DNA from: Eledone cirrhosa
Taxonomy: Eukaryota
Direction of reading: 5' to 3'
NCBI GenBank assembly: GCA_964016885.1
Contig: OZ024741.1
Span: forward strand, 102,486,001-102,550,000
Length of the DNA: 64,000 bases
Below, piece after piece: positions 27,635 to 40,271 of the stretch (positions are counted from its first letter, which is position 1; each line of letters begins with the position of its first letter). The notes beneath the pieces were generated by a model that was not told the origin of the DNA, searched no databases, and saw only the letters and a program-made list of their open reading frames with translations. Made by a program: the position numbers and the translations under genes.

Positions 27635-27708
27635 CATATATACATGTCCCAAGGCTCTGATACCATCAACACTATAAACACAGAGCTGGCATATCTAAGA
27701 ACTGACTA

Positions 27709-27764
27709 ACTGCCTGATGAGGTCATAGCCATTCAATGGCTATCACCGAAATATATATAGCAGT
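27709..27764 (+). ncRNA. Type I hammerhead with canonical core, within a ~170-bp PLE tail in (TA)n
   Basis: ACTGC-CTGATGA-GGT(C)ATAGCCAT-TCA-ATGGCTAT(C)ACC-GAAAT-ATAT-ATA-GCAGT, followed by AATAAA. Confidence 0.85.
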
Positions 27765-27827
27765 AAATAAAGGATTATGAGTTCATGCAATTGACTTATG
27801 TTTCGTCACTATATATATATATATATA

Positions 27828-28300
27828 TAACGAAGGAAATGTGGTAAGGAACCAGGTGGACCATAGCGCACCAAAGTACTCAATACTTAGGGTAGTAGAG
27901 TGGGTAATAGGAACAAGTAAAACCCCGACGGCTGAGCTCAAGCCGTTTCGACGGCTAATTCTGTACAGAATGAAAAATTAATTCTGGTATTTAAATAGCC
28001 GAACTTATCAAGGGGTAATTCCATATATGGTCAAAGAGATAATCACCAGGATTGGTAACATCACAAGTTAGTAGTAAATCTGTGATGGCAAGTTGGTGGG
28101 AGAAGGGGTAGCTAAACCTGCCAGTAGGAGAAAAAGAGAGAGGGGTGGAGTAGACCCATTCATGCGTTGGTAGTGCCAGCTACAGCTGGGTGTGAGGTCA
28201 AAGAGGATACTGGGGAGGGGGAGGGGGAGGAGGTCGAAACGGTAAGTAGAACAATGAAAGGAAAAACTGTAAAAGGTACTGAGAGAGAAAAAAAAAAAGC
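27828..28300 (-). mobile_element. PLE pLTR fragment with hammerhead (27922-28016; U3-A8 core, long stem III)
   Basis: ACCCC-TTGATAA-G..CGGCTA..TAGCCG.C-GAAA-CGGCT-TGAGCTC-AGCC-GTC-GGGGT. Same family at 30322-30775. Confidence 0.8.
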
Positions 28301-28406
28301 AAAATCTGGTTACTAAGACTTAAGTCTCTCGCTATTGCTAGGCTGAAGAAATACATAAATAAATAAATAAACAAATAAGTGAATAAAAGAATAGAAAAAT
28401 AAATTT

Positions 28407-28437
<31 letters not shown>

Positions 28438-28493
28438 TGTAGGATAAAAAAATAAATAATAATAATAGAAATAAACCAGGTGGGACGGAAATG

Positions 28494-28579
28494 AAGTCCT
28501 TGTTAATCTTTCGTTTTACACACACATAGACACACATAAACACACATAAACACACACACAGACACACACACACACACAC

Positions 28580-28617
<38 letters not shown>

Positions 28618-28632
28618 GCGCGCGCGCGCGTG

Positions 28633-28667
<35 letters not shown>

Positions 28668-28725
28668 GTTTATGTGTGTTTATGTGTGTCTATGTGTGTG
28701 TAAAACGAAAGATTAACAAGGACTT
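28494..28725. repeat. Palindrome centred on (TA)n/(CG)n, with mirrored unique and (CA)n arms
   Basis: AAGTCCTTGTTAATCTTTCGTTTTACACACACATAGACAC... is mirrored at 28665-28725. Confidence 0.88.
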
Positions 28726-30321
28726 AAACCATTTAATAGATGTACCACTGTTTCATTAGACTAACAAGAATATTCCATTTCTGTTAGAATAACCCATAGG
28801 ATTAAACTTTGAACTATTTATTACCTATCTTGTTGGACACTATAAAATTACATTGAGCTTTAATAAATTTATTTGCTTTTATATGCTTGTGTTATCAACT
28901 CACTTATACTTATGATATGGGACTGTCTGTATTTGTTACTATTCCTGTCTGCACCCATATCTTTTATTCATCCGTCTGTTTTTGCCACACAGGACACTTT
29001 TTTTCAAATTGATATATTTTATCTTACTCCTCCTCGTTTTTCTCTCTTCACTCTCTCTCCCTCTCTCGCTCTATGTCTCCCTCTCTCTTCCTCTCTCTTC
29101 CTCTCTTAACGTCCAAACAAATGGGAAAAACTTTTATTAACATTTGTATATTCCCTATCTCTTCCACATTCTCTTTTACTTCTCCTTCTTGTCTAATCAA
29201 TATGTTGAGCCTCGTCGATATCTCTTCTTTTGAGTTGCTTATGTTCATGGTTTAGTGGCAAATGTTCTCTTATTTGTAAATAGTTGTAAAGACTATCGTC
29301 TTGACCTTTGACCCTGCGTTACTGTCCCTTGTGCACTAGAGCCAGTTGTATCGATCTTAAGGAGTGAAACAGCGTATATCTAGCGGTCGACTGATGAAAT
29401 GTGACTGTCTGTATTCGTTCATTTTCCTGTCTTGGCTCATATTTTTTATCCCCCCCCCCCACACACATACGCATATATATATACACACACACATATCTGA
29501 ATGACTGCACGTAAATATGAATATGATTATATTTTGCAATTCAAATCTCACCATGTGTAACGTGATTTTGTCGATGAAATACTCCTACCTCTCCTTTCAT
29601 AAAAGAAGTTTCTCATTTGCTAAACAACTAACATATAAACCATGCACCATATCGGAGACTGTGTTTATAGAATATAATCCTAAACCTTTTTTTCATTAAT
29701 GAACGTCGCATCTTCATAAAAAAATATTAATATATTATAGATTTTAGACATGTTATTTTTAGATTCTCTGAAAAAAACGAAAGTCAAATGATATATTACA
29801 GTTTTGTAAAAAACAAATTCCCATCCAAAATATTCACACTAAATATATTATTTGTTTGTGTAAATATATATTTTCTGTGTCCAAGTCTGGTAAATTGTAT
29901 CTATTAACGAAGATATCGACATTTGTCTTCAATAGTTGTAAATCGTATTTATAAAATATTGACTTGTATTGGATGATTGAGAAATCACTGAAGACGTAGA
30001 TTTTGAATAAAAAAATTAATAGGAAATATTCTTCATTTCGTGTTTCCAACGTTAAAATAGTTGAACAAGTAATTCTCAACTACCCTTTTATTCATTAGTT
30101 GGTTTCAGTCATTAGACAACGACCATTCTGGTGCACCGCCTTAATGTGGTCAATCATATGCACTGCAGTACATATTATCTTTCATATCTGCTATTCATTT
30201 TATCAATTTCGTTTTTTCGAAACATAGATACAGACACGTACATATACTGACACAAAGTTACATACACATATATAGAGATAGATAGATCAATAAGTTTATA
30301 TATCTATATATATATAAATAT

Positions 30322-30772
30322 ATAACGAAGGAATTGAGGTAAGGAACCAGATGGACCATAACGCACCAGAGTACTCAATACTTAGGGTAGTAGAGTGGGT
30401 AATAGGAAAAAAGAATGACCCCGACGGCAGAGCTCAAGCCGTTTCGACGGCTATTTCTGGACTGGTGAATAAATAGCCGAACTTGTCAAGGGGTACTGTA
30501 TACATATCACTTTCAACGCTTGACCAGCTCCACTCACTCCCTCATTGTTCAACAGGCATGTTCAGCCACCCCTACCTCCCACCAAATGCCATGATAGACT
30601 TATTTGTGTTTACAACACATTTTAACCAATCCCCTTGACAACTACAATCTTCCCATATAAGGAACTACCCCTTGACAAGTTCGGCTATTTATTCACCAGG
30701 CTAAAAATTCTAATTTAGTCCAGAAATAGCCGTCGAAACGGCTTGAGCTCTGCCGTCGGGGTCATACCTTTT

Positions 30773-30775
<3 letters not shown>
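30322..30775. mobile_element. PLE mini-insertion with two inverted hammerheads (30418-30494 minus; 30667-30762 plus)
   Basis: TTGACAA core, stems I/II/III paired, GTC cleavage triplet; TA flanks. Confidence 0.82.
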
Positions 30776-30866
<91 letters not shown>

Positions 30867-31053
30867 TAAGTAGATAAGTAGATAGATAGATAGATGATAT
30901 TTTGGTAGTTAAGACAAGTAACCCCATTATTCAATTAAATACCCAATTAAAGTAGAATGTAGATATTATAGAATAGGGTGCCTGGCGGTCAAGCTTAAAA
31001 TGTTTTATTTTCATTTAAAAGAATTAGGTGTGACCGTCGCGTATACTAACACA

Positions 31054-31933
31054 TAATAATAATTGTTTCTACTTTAGGCACAAGGCCAGCAATTACCCAG
31101 TACATTACTGGTACTTTATTTTATCGACCCCGTAAGGATGAAAGGCAAAGTTAACCTCGGCGGGATTTGAACTCAGACTGTAAAGGGTCGTAACTATGCT
31201 AGAAAGCATGACGTCCAACCCTCTACCGATACTGCCAATTCACCGATCGGTTCTTATATAGGCAGAAGGTCAGTAATTTGGGGGGAGGGGAAAATCGATT
31301 AAATTGACAACAGTACGTTACTGGTACTTTATTTTATCGACCTCGTAAGGATGAAAGACAAAGTTAACCTCGGCGGGATTTGAACTCAGACCGTAAAGGG
31401 CCGTAACCCTATGCTGCAAAGCATGTCGTTCGTTGCTCTAACGATTCTGCCAATTCACCGCATATAATAATAATAATTGTTTCTACTTTAGGCACAAGGC
31501 CAGCAATTACCAGTGCATTACTGGTACTTTATTTTATCGACCCCATAAGGATGAAAGGCAAAGTCAACCTCGGCGGGATTTGAACTCAGATCGTAAAGGG
31601 ACGTAACTATGCTGGAAAGCATGGCGTCCGACCCTCTACCGATACTGCCAATCCACCGCCCTTATAATAATAATGATTTCATTTATTGACTACAAGGGCC
31701 ACATATAATAATAATTGTTTCTACTTTTGGCACAAGGCCAGCAATTATCCAGTGCATTACTGGTACTTTATTTCATCGACCCCGTGAGGATGAAATGCAA
31801 AATAATAATAATAATTGTTTCTACTTTTGGCACAAGGCCAGCAATTATCCAGTACATTACTGGTACTTTATTTCATCGACCCCGTGAGGATGAAAGGCCA
31901 AATAATAATAATAATTGTTTCTACTTTTGGCAA
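31054..31933 (-). mobile_element. Tandem cluster of about 6 full and partial SINE copies separated by (TAA)n
   Basis: Repeated TGTTTCTACTTT.GGCACAAGGCCAGCAATT...ACTGGTACTTTATTT.ATCGACCCCG units. Confidence 0.85.
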
Positions 31934-32506
31934 TGATTCCTAATTTAGACACCAGATTAGCAAATTTGGGAAAGGGCAAAGTTAATTAAATCAACCCCAC
32001 TACTAGAGTTGTGCTTTACTTTAGTAAAAATGTAGAAAGTTGATGTGTTTTGTTCATAATTTCTTTTTCTTTTCACATGATTTGGTCTGATGAGGGAAGG
32101 CATAACGCATTACGTATGACTATTTTTAGGATTTCCGAGAGATACTAGAAGAAAGGAGAAGATATGTTTAGACCGAGAAGCTGCTCTACCGAGTAGATCT
32201 GGTCACGCAATAGCAATTTATTATATATATTTGTCACACTAGTGAAACAAATAAATAACAAACACGTCTGTTACTCTAACGTTGAAAAGAAAGAGTAAAG
32301 AAATAATATTTTGCCTATTCTTGCACCTTACTGCTTCACTTCATTTAACAGACTAATGATGAGTGTATAGTTTATCGACTACAACGGACCTTTCAGACTT
32401 ACTTCATCTCAGGCGAACTAATCATCTATCAGAAGGAGGAGCTGGTTACCCAAACTGAAATGAACGTAAGGTTATTTGGTACTTGTTTAATGCAGATGTG
32501 TGTGGA

Positions 32507-32670
32507 CACAGCATAGCCATATGGTTAAAAAGTTAATTTCGCAATTATGATGTTTCGGTTTCAAACCCATTGTGTGGAATATAAGGAAAGTGTCATTTAT
32601 CATAGCCCGATGTTCAACCATGCATTGAGAGTGAAATTGGGGAGACAGAAACTGTTTGGAAGTCCATCAG
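32507..32670 (+). mobile_element. Degenerate tRNA-head SINE (second family)
   Basis: A-box-like TAGCCATATGG, B-box-like GGTTTCAAACCC, and a CORE-like AAAGTGTC segment. Confidence 0.5.
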
Positions 32671-33536
32671 ATTGATTGTGCCTGTGATCCCAAGGGCTAC
32701 TGTGTCGCGATGAATCTCCATGGAAATTATGTCTAGGGTACATATTCGTTAATTTAACGAACTAGCTATTCCGCTGATCGAAAAATTGGAACACTCATCG
32801 CCGATCGTCGAAACCAAGAGAGGTCCATACTATTCCATTCTATTTAGATACTCAGTATTAAAGTAAAATTGTAATATTTCAGTACTCTTATTTTTATATT
32901 TGCAGAAACGCATCTACACTAATGTTACAATCAGTGTTTTCTTTTTAATTATTAATTTATGTAAGGTGCATCACTTTTAAGAGTAGGATTAGAATAGAAT
33001 CGACAACATTCAGAAAAGAATAGCGAGAGAAAGAATTGGATGCAAGAGAGGAAGAGAGGGAGAAAGGAAGAGAAGAGAGTGGGAGAGTGTGAGTGAGAAA
33101 GAAAAAGATCAAGTGCGTAAACTAGAAGGAGCGATTAGGTACATACATCACGACAAAGACGTTGGTTGTAAACAGCGACCTAAACCATTGTTTTAACATG
33201 AAACAGTAAGCAAATCTCTGTACTGGCTTAAGTATGGTAAAGTAAACGGTTCATAAACAGCATCTGGAAAAAATGGACAGTGTGTTGGTAGCTGGAATGT
33301 GCTTCATCATAAGTCAACTTTGGTTGAACTGAGATAACATTTATTATCTCGGCTCATGTTCAATCTTTTCATTGACTTTGTATCTCATTTCATAAACACC
33401 ATCCATGGAGAGACGAAAAGGTCAACCAAGTTCAACTCACAATGGTTTTGAACAGGGTTTTGTACATAATTGAAATCCACTACTTCATGTAATTGATCCA
33501 ATCTCCTCCGAATAAAAAGCAATGCTGACCCCTCTC

Positions 33537-33567
<31 letters not shown>

Positions 33568-33570
33568 GAT

Positions 33571-33604
<34 letters not shown>

Positions 33605-33615
33605 TGTGTGGGGGG

Positions 33616-33649
<34 letters not shown>

Positions 33650-33689
33650 ACGAGTAACTACAATTGTCAGAAGGCTCACATTAAGAACA

Positions 33690-33995
33690 GCATTAAAGAC
33701 GGCATAATGTGGGTTTTTTCGTGTATAAAATCTTTAACAAAAACAACAAACAAAAACATTGAAAGAAAAGAAAATTCCCCAATAGGTGGGAGAACTTCCG
33801 AGGGTGACTCGTGGATAAATCCCACAATAATTCATGGTCTCTAGACCGAAAGTTCCACGGAAAAGAGTGGCTAGTTGATTTTCGTCGATGCCTACTGTCA
33901 CCCAAAGAACGTTGTCGTTTTCACTCGCCATTAACTCTATAGAATGCCAAGGTGGAGTTTCGACCGATCGTTCTGTCCGATTGGCCGAGGACTGT
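33690..33995 (-). mobile_element. Tx1 fragment (ORF2 piece joined to 3' UTR by internal deletion)
   Basis: VGIDENQLATLFRGTFG matches ORF2 LGVDENQLANLFGRTFG; CCTATTGGGGAATTTT matches the 3' UTR at ~10765. Confidence 0.75.
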
Positions 33996-34582
33996 AAGCG
34001 CTTGAAGGTAATAATATTATTAACAACAATGATAATATATACATGTATAGATATATAAAGACACACACACAAAGACATATATAAAGACGCAGACACATAC
34101 AGTCACACAAAGGCATTTATAAAGACTCACGCACATGTAATAGATGTTGCTGACTATGCTACTTACAGTGAAAACCTGTAAATCTGATTGTTGCCGTAAT
34201 ATATAACAGCAGTAGAAAACAATAGATGTGAAGGTACTCGTTACATCTCACTTAAATGATAGGTATTGTTCGTGTCTTATATGCAGAGGTGTTTCATCTT
34301 TTATTGTTGCGTGCTTCAACCAATACAATCGTTACTCTATTGTTAATATTGCCATCACAGTACTAAATGTATCTTTAAACCACTTATACTTACATTTCGA
34401 ATACAGAGAACTTTCTAAAGATGCAAGCAAGACAGTAATATACAAATATATAAATAAATGAAGGTATTTACTGTCATCCGCTACCACTAATGATAATACA
34501 TACCGAACACTTGATGTGAATTAACTACTTAACACTGATCTCTTTTTCTTTTTCCTATCATCTTTATTAATTACGACCAAAG

Positions 34583-34685
<103 letters not shown>

Positions 34686-34820
34686 GTTATGTAAGTTAGT
34701 TGTGTAACTACAGCTAAAGGCGGCGCGCCGTTTAAAGCGCTCAATGCTGTTACGAGGTCCGTCTCGTGTTGGGTTGTATTCTAGAGTTAAGGCAGCTTTA
34801 GTGTGCAGGGTGTAAATAAA

Positions 34821-35045
34821 GTAAGTAGAATCGAAGTCAGTGTTGCAGCATATTTAGAAATATTATTGGCCTATTACAGATATGCGGATTTATATGTATC
34901 TTTTCACATATAAACTCACCTATCAGAAGAGATGTCGAAGAAGGGTCATTATGATTGTACCATGAGCTGATCGATTTCGAAACAACTGTAATATGTCAAT
35001 AAAGTTTCTATATATCCTGCAACACTGAGTTAGATTCAACTTAGT
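34821..35045 (+). mobile_element. Old PLE mini-insertion: ~58-bp inverted arms plus degenerate HHR (34918-34996)
   Basis: CAGAAGA...GAAACAACTGTAATATGTC; arms 34822-34879 / 34986-35044; related to 62492-63478. Confidence 0.55.
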
Positions 35046-35549
35046 AGATAGCATTTATCAAATGTGTGCCTCTTGTTATCGTTTAGGAATATTACAATGA
35101 GTAATCTATACCTATTTCTTTCAGATTATATAAATGTTGTTCATAATCTTCTGGTATATTCGCACCCATGTTTGTTCCATCTAAATATCGCATTAGACAT
35201 GTTTTACTCTATGAGTTTCATAAAGGCATGTACAGCATGTACAGCAGAAAAGTCCGTTCAGAGCACTTATAAGGATGATGCAGTGAATGAAAGACGTTTC
35301 TATCTCATGGTGGCATTCCATGCACAGGATTATGTTATCACAACCAATACCGTGTCTACAGTTTATATTAATCATATGCATGGAATGCTACCATGAGATA
35401 GATTGATGATTAAGTAGGTAATCTTATTATTATGTGACTATATATTCTATACGATCAGTACAATGAATTATGCACAGGTGATACATGAGTTAGGAGTTTC
35501 TGTGTTGCTTGATGACCTGATTGGTATCTTTTGATGAGAGAACTGGCCC

Positions 35550-36120
35550 CTGGACCACCCTGGTGAATTCACCGGGGATGCAGTCATACAATGACCTGAA
35601 ACTTGCCGGGAGTCTTGTATGATAATAAGACCATTATTAGTAGTGAGACCCATATAATTAATTTTGTAGTCTGACCCTTCTTATAGATTTTCCAGGTGTG
35701 GCACTCCATATTAGATTGTAATCATCATGATATGGACTCCTTTAGTACTTATTGATAGACTCCACTCTAATTTGTAGATAAGATACCTAATTTAATCTAT
35801 ATATGAGATGGGAGTTTATGTATTGCTTGATGGCCAGACTGGTGTCTTTATATGAGAAATTTGATCTCCGGACCAACCTGAAGATATTCAGATTTACCAT
35901 GGATTCAGACATACAATGACCCAGAGCTTACCGGGAGTCATATATAATAATAGGACCATGCCAGTTCCTGCGGGAGGAATTACATTTACAAAGAACATTG
36001 ATTTGGGGGTCTGACTCTTCTTATATAATGTTCAGATATGACACCCCTTAATAGAAGGTAATCATCCTGATATATACACCTTTAGTACTTCTTAATAGAC
36101 AACACTGTCACCTATAAATA
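35550..36120. repeat. Diverged tandem duplication, period ~330 bp
   Basis: CATACAATGACC..A.CTT.CCGGGAGTC and GTCTGAC.CTTCTTATA...GTAATCATC.TGATAT...CCTTTAGTACTT each occur twice in order. Confidence 0.7.
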
Positions 36121-36913
36121 AGTAATATAATCTAGAAATTAGTTATAACATCATATGATAGGCACTTATTTGAAACACCATTAATGTAATTTAGGATAAT
36201 AAATTTAACTAAGAAAACCAGCTAGTTACCTCCCCTTACGCATTAATTCCCCTTGGTCATACAGACACTTCCGGAATATAATATCATCGCACAAAACTAA
36301 ACAACATGACCTATTAATTAAGAATCGACAAGATACGGTTTATAACTTGGTTATATGCTGAACCATCGTGAATTATATGATAGACCCGTGGTCTATATAT
36401 TGCGTCTCATGGATTATGTGAGTGGTAGTGTGCGCGAAGACAGTGGTACTGTTTTGCCTACGATATAATATGGTTTATAATATGTTTGAAATTTTTGATA
36501 TTTTGGTGTTTCTCTACATTCGGGACTGTATATCATACAGGTGTATGCGAAAAAATGTTTAATAATTCAGCCCACATAATAATATCGATTGCCTGCTTCA
36601 ACTGCCTGACCCTGCAAATAACATTCTGACGCACTCTAATCCTGTATAAAAAAGACACGCGTACATGCTACACGTGAGATTGTTTCATACACTGACTACT
36701 CTAAACTTTCCTCTTGCTTTATCTTCATAAACTGCCAATGCTTCATTTTTATTTTCATTTTTATTTTTATTTTTATCCCTTAACCTTTATATGTAAATTG
36801 CCATGCTATATCATTTTGATGGATGTCATCTCACTGTGGATCAATATGTGCATATGTTTTATATGTCTCTTGTGTTGAAAAGGAGGTCAAGTATGTTATA
36901 TATCACTAAATAG

Positions 36914-36962
36914 TTGCTCCGAAGAATCCAAACCTCGGTTTGGAGGAAACAATTGTAAGCAA
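36914..36962 (+). ncRNA. Hammerhead motif (CCGAAGA core) at the end of a decayed PLE (~36300-36995)
   Basis: TTGCT-CCGAAGA-A-TCCAAACC-TC-GGTTTGGA-G-GAAAC-AATT-GTA-AGCAA, then AATAAA. An upstream ISYRCM..HNN remnant resembles the 15086 PLE class. Confidence 0.7.
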
Positions 36963-36993
36963 ATAAATGATTTAAACTGAATTTTGATTATTG

Positions 36994-37046
<53 letters not shown>

Positions 37047-37048
<2 letters not shown>

Positions 37049-38100
37049 AAATGATTAATCTCCTTTGTATATATTTCTTTAAGTAAGAAATATATTTCAC
37101 CTATTAATCCGTTAATCACAGCAGTTAAATTCTTGGATGTTCATCAAAGGAGAAGATAACCATCTGCGTTTACAAAGCAAATGCAAATCTGTGAATGACT
37201 CGAACCACGTGTTGCATTTTTAAAAAACATACACACATTGCACAACGTCATCCCAGTGGCGTGAATAGGACCATCGACAGCCAGAAATAGCAGCCGAGCC
37301 TATTCAACTGAATTAGCTCAACAATCAAGGGGCCGTATATATATCCAAAATTAAAATTAAGGGTTGTCATGTCTGAGAGACATGCGCCACATCCACCGTA
37401 GAATAAGCTCAAAGATTAGATCCGAGCATTACATCTCAACTAGAAATAGATTGACATATATATATAAAATAAACATATGAAACAATCACAGGGGATAATT
37501 TGTAAAGAATGTAAGCACACATAACTAGGTAGGTAACTAATTAAAGTTTAACTAGAACTTCAAATATAGATACTTTTTAAAATGATTAATTCAGTTGAAT
37601 AGGCTCGGCTGCTATTTCTGGTTGTCGATGGTCCTATTCACGCCACTTGGATGACGATGTGCAATGTGTGTATTTAAAAAAAAATGCAACACGTGGTTCA
37701 AGTCATTCACAGATTTGCATTTGCTTTGTAAACGCAGATGGTTATCTTCTTCTCCTTTGGTGAACATCCAAGAATTTAACTGCTGTGATTTACGGATTAA
37801 TAGGTGAAATATATTTCTTACTTAAAGAAATATATACAAAGGAGATTAATCATTTTAAAAGGTATCTTTATTTGAAGTTCTAGTTAAACTTTAATTAGTT
37901 ACCTACCTAGCTATGTGTGCTTACATTCTTTACAAATTATTCCCTGTGATTGTTTCATATGTTTATTTTATATATATATATATGTCAATCTATTTCTAGT
38001 TGATATGTAATGCTCGGATCTAATCTTTGAGCTTATTCTACGGTGGATGTGGCGCATGTCTCTCAGACATGACAACCCTTAATTTTAATTTTGGATATAT
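37047..38100. repeat. Permuted inverted duplication A-B / A'-B' with HHR-like remnant (37752-37844)
   Basis: 37047-37315 is the reverse complement of 37587-37860; 37336-37590 is the reverse complement of 37845-38100. TA flanks. Confidence 0.85.
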
Positions 38101-38189
38101 ATATATATATATATAAAAGAATGAAATGAAATTTCATTTCTCACTCTTAGTACGGCTGATACTTAAATGTAAGTATGTATAATATGTAC

Positions 38190-38700
38190 ATACATATATG
38201 TATACAGACATACAGTAGTATGTATATACGTACATGCACATATATATATATATATATATATGTACGTATGTATGTATGTATGGGTTGACTTTGCCTTTCA
38301 TCCTTACGGGGTCGATAAAATAAAGTACCAGTAATGCACTGGGTAATTGCTGGCCTTGTGCCTAAAGTAGAAACATTTATTATAATGTTCGGTTTGTTTG
38401 TAAACAAACAGCCCGAATTAAGCCGTACAGTGTTCGGCAACCATCGTCACCCTTTTGTTCAACAGGTATACGATGCAGACGATAGCTAATAAGGTTGAAA
38501 CTAGTTCATCATTACTTTGTCAGTGTTGAACAAAAGGGCGACGATGGTTGCCGAACACTGTACGGCATAATTCGGGCTGTTTGTTTACAAACAAACCGAA
38601 CATTATAATAAATGTTCGGTAAACATACATACGTACATATATATGTGTGTGCATGTATATATATATGCATACTACTGTACGTCTGTATACATATGCATAC
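38190..38700. repeat. Nested fold-back: inner ~93-bp arms (38372-38464 / 38524-38616) with HHR-like loop, outer ~80-bp arms, SINE fragment in the left side
   Basis: Direct reverse-complement matches. Loop reads GATG-CAGACGA...GAAAC-TA-GTT-CATC. Confidence 0.8.
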
Positions 38701-38755
38701 TTATATTTATATATATATATATATTAAATGAAGACGTATACAAATCTCTACACGC

Positions 38756-38828
<73 letters not shown>

Positions 38829-38982
38829 CATACAGGGTGTCAAACTTATACTGAGTTTGGTTCAATGAAATAGTTAATAAAATTAACGGATTCAGAGCCT
38901 AATAATATCAAATATGGAAAAATCAAACAAGTTTGAGTAGGGAAAGATTCTTTTCTTAACTTGTTTGCTTTTTCCATATTTG

Positions 38983-39021
<39 letters not shown>

Positions 39022-39062
39022 ATATGTGTGTGTGTGTGTGAGTGTGAGTGTGAGTGTGAGTG

Positions 39063-39121
<59 letters not shown>

Positions 39122-39387
39122 CAAAGGAGAAGCATAAGGAACTCACATATATCTTAACACGTGTAATCGGCTCATTTATTCACTGAAAGTGCTCAACAAA
39201 TGATTAGAATGTAGTTGTGACTATGACCAAAGTCTATATGAAATAATTAAACGGAAAGATTGAATCACGACTATAAACAAAATATGTTTACTTACTCCGC
39301 AGTAATCATCCTTAATTATGAACACTTGTATATACGGAAGTGCACAAATCTGTGACTTTTACAGTCAACTTAGAACAGATTAATAGA

Positions 39388-39830
39388 CAGGGTCGCGTCC
39401 TTTCTTATGCGGAAATATTTCAGGGACCGGATTAGGAACTTACTCAAATGGGAACATATGGTGGGTTTCTTTAAAGGGAAAAATTAGAATAGTATCAGAG
39501 AGATTCAGCAAAGCGGCAGCAATAGAAAAGTAACTGGTTAGTCATTTAGAAGAAGCGCATAGAAAAGGCATCGCAACTGAAGTGCTACTGGCGAGAACGG
39601 CCCTCGATCATTTCTTCGACGCGAAACATGAAGGATGAGTTGTCCATGCTGGGGCGGGTCGCGGAAACAATTTTCCAGCAGCAGGACTTTGCTGAACTAT
39701 TTGCGACGAACAACGATTTGGAGACAAGAATCTTCAGCTCCTGTCACAGCAACCTGTCACGACTCTCAACCAGGGAGGTGGAATTTTACCGAAATACGAT
39801 CTCAGTCGATCCTGGATTAAACGCAAACAA
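39388..39830 (+). mobile_element. Decayed Tx1 ORF2 internal fragment
   Basis: Nucleotide similarity to 7990-8560 (GACCGGATTAG, GCAATAGA.AA, GGCCCT.GA.CA.TTCTTC.A.GC.AA.CA.GAAGG). Confidence 0.7.
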
Positions 39831-40217
39831 ACGTTGGACAATTTGCATCCGTTGCCAGCCACTGAACAACACCATTCGCGACGAGAAAACAACACTTGCA
39901 GCCGGACTAGTCCGAGATGCACAGAAGGCAACGAAACCCTACTCTATAAATTGCATTGTGTGGTTGGAGTAGAACAACTGCTATTATATGTAGGACAGAC
40001 CCGGCTTTCAGCCGAATATAACCTCTATTTTCTGTTCTCTGTGTTCACCGTAATTCTGTAATCTTATATAACTAATTCTGCAATAAAAACCTGATGGAAT
40101 CGCATAAGTCTTCCATCACAGGATGATGAAACTGGGCCATTGAAATATGTATAGTAATTTCGTGAAATTAAAATTTTAAAGGAAATTTATAGTCCTGCCT
40201 TCTGTTGTTTTTAATGC

Positions 40218-40268
<51 letters not shown>

Positions 40269-40271
<3 letters not shown>

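Noticed and set aside
34686-34830. Solo LTR (TGTTATG...AATAAA)
   Set aside because: No terminal CA/TSD or second copy seen; the right part overlaps the PLE inverted arm.
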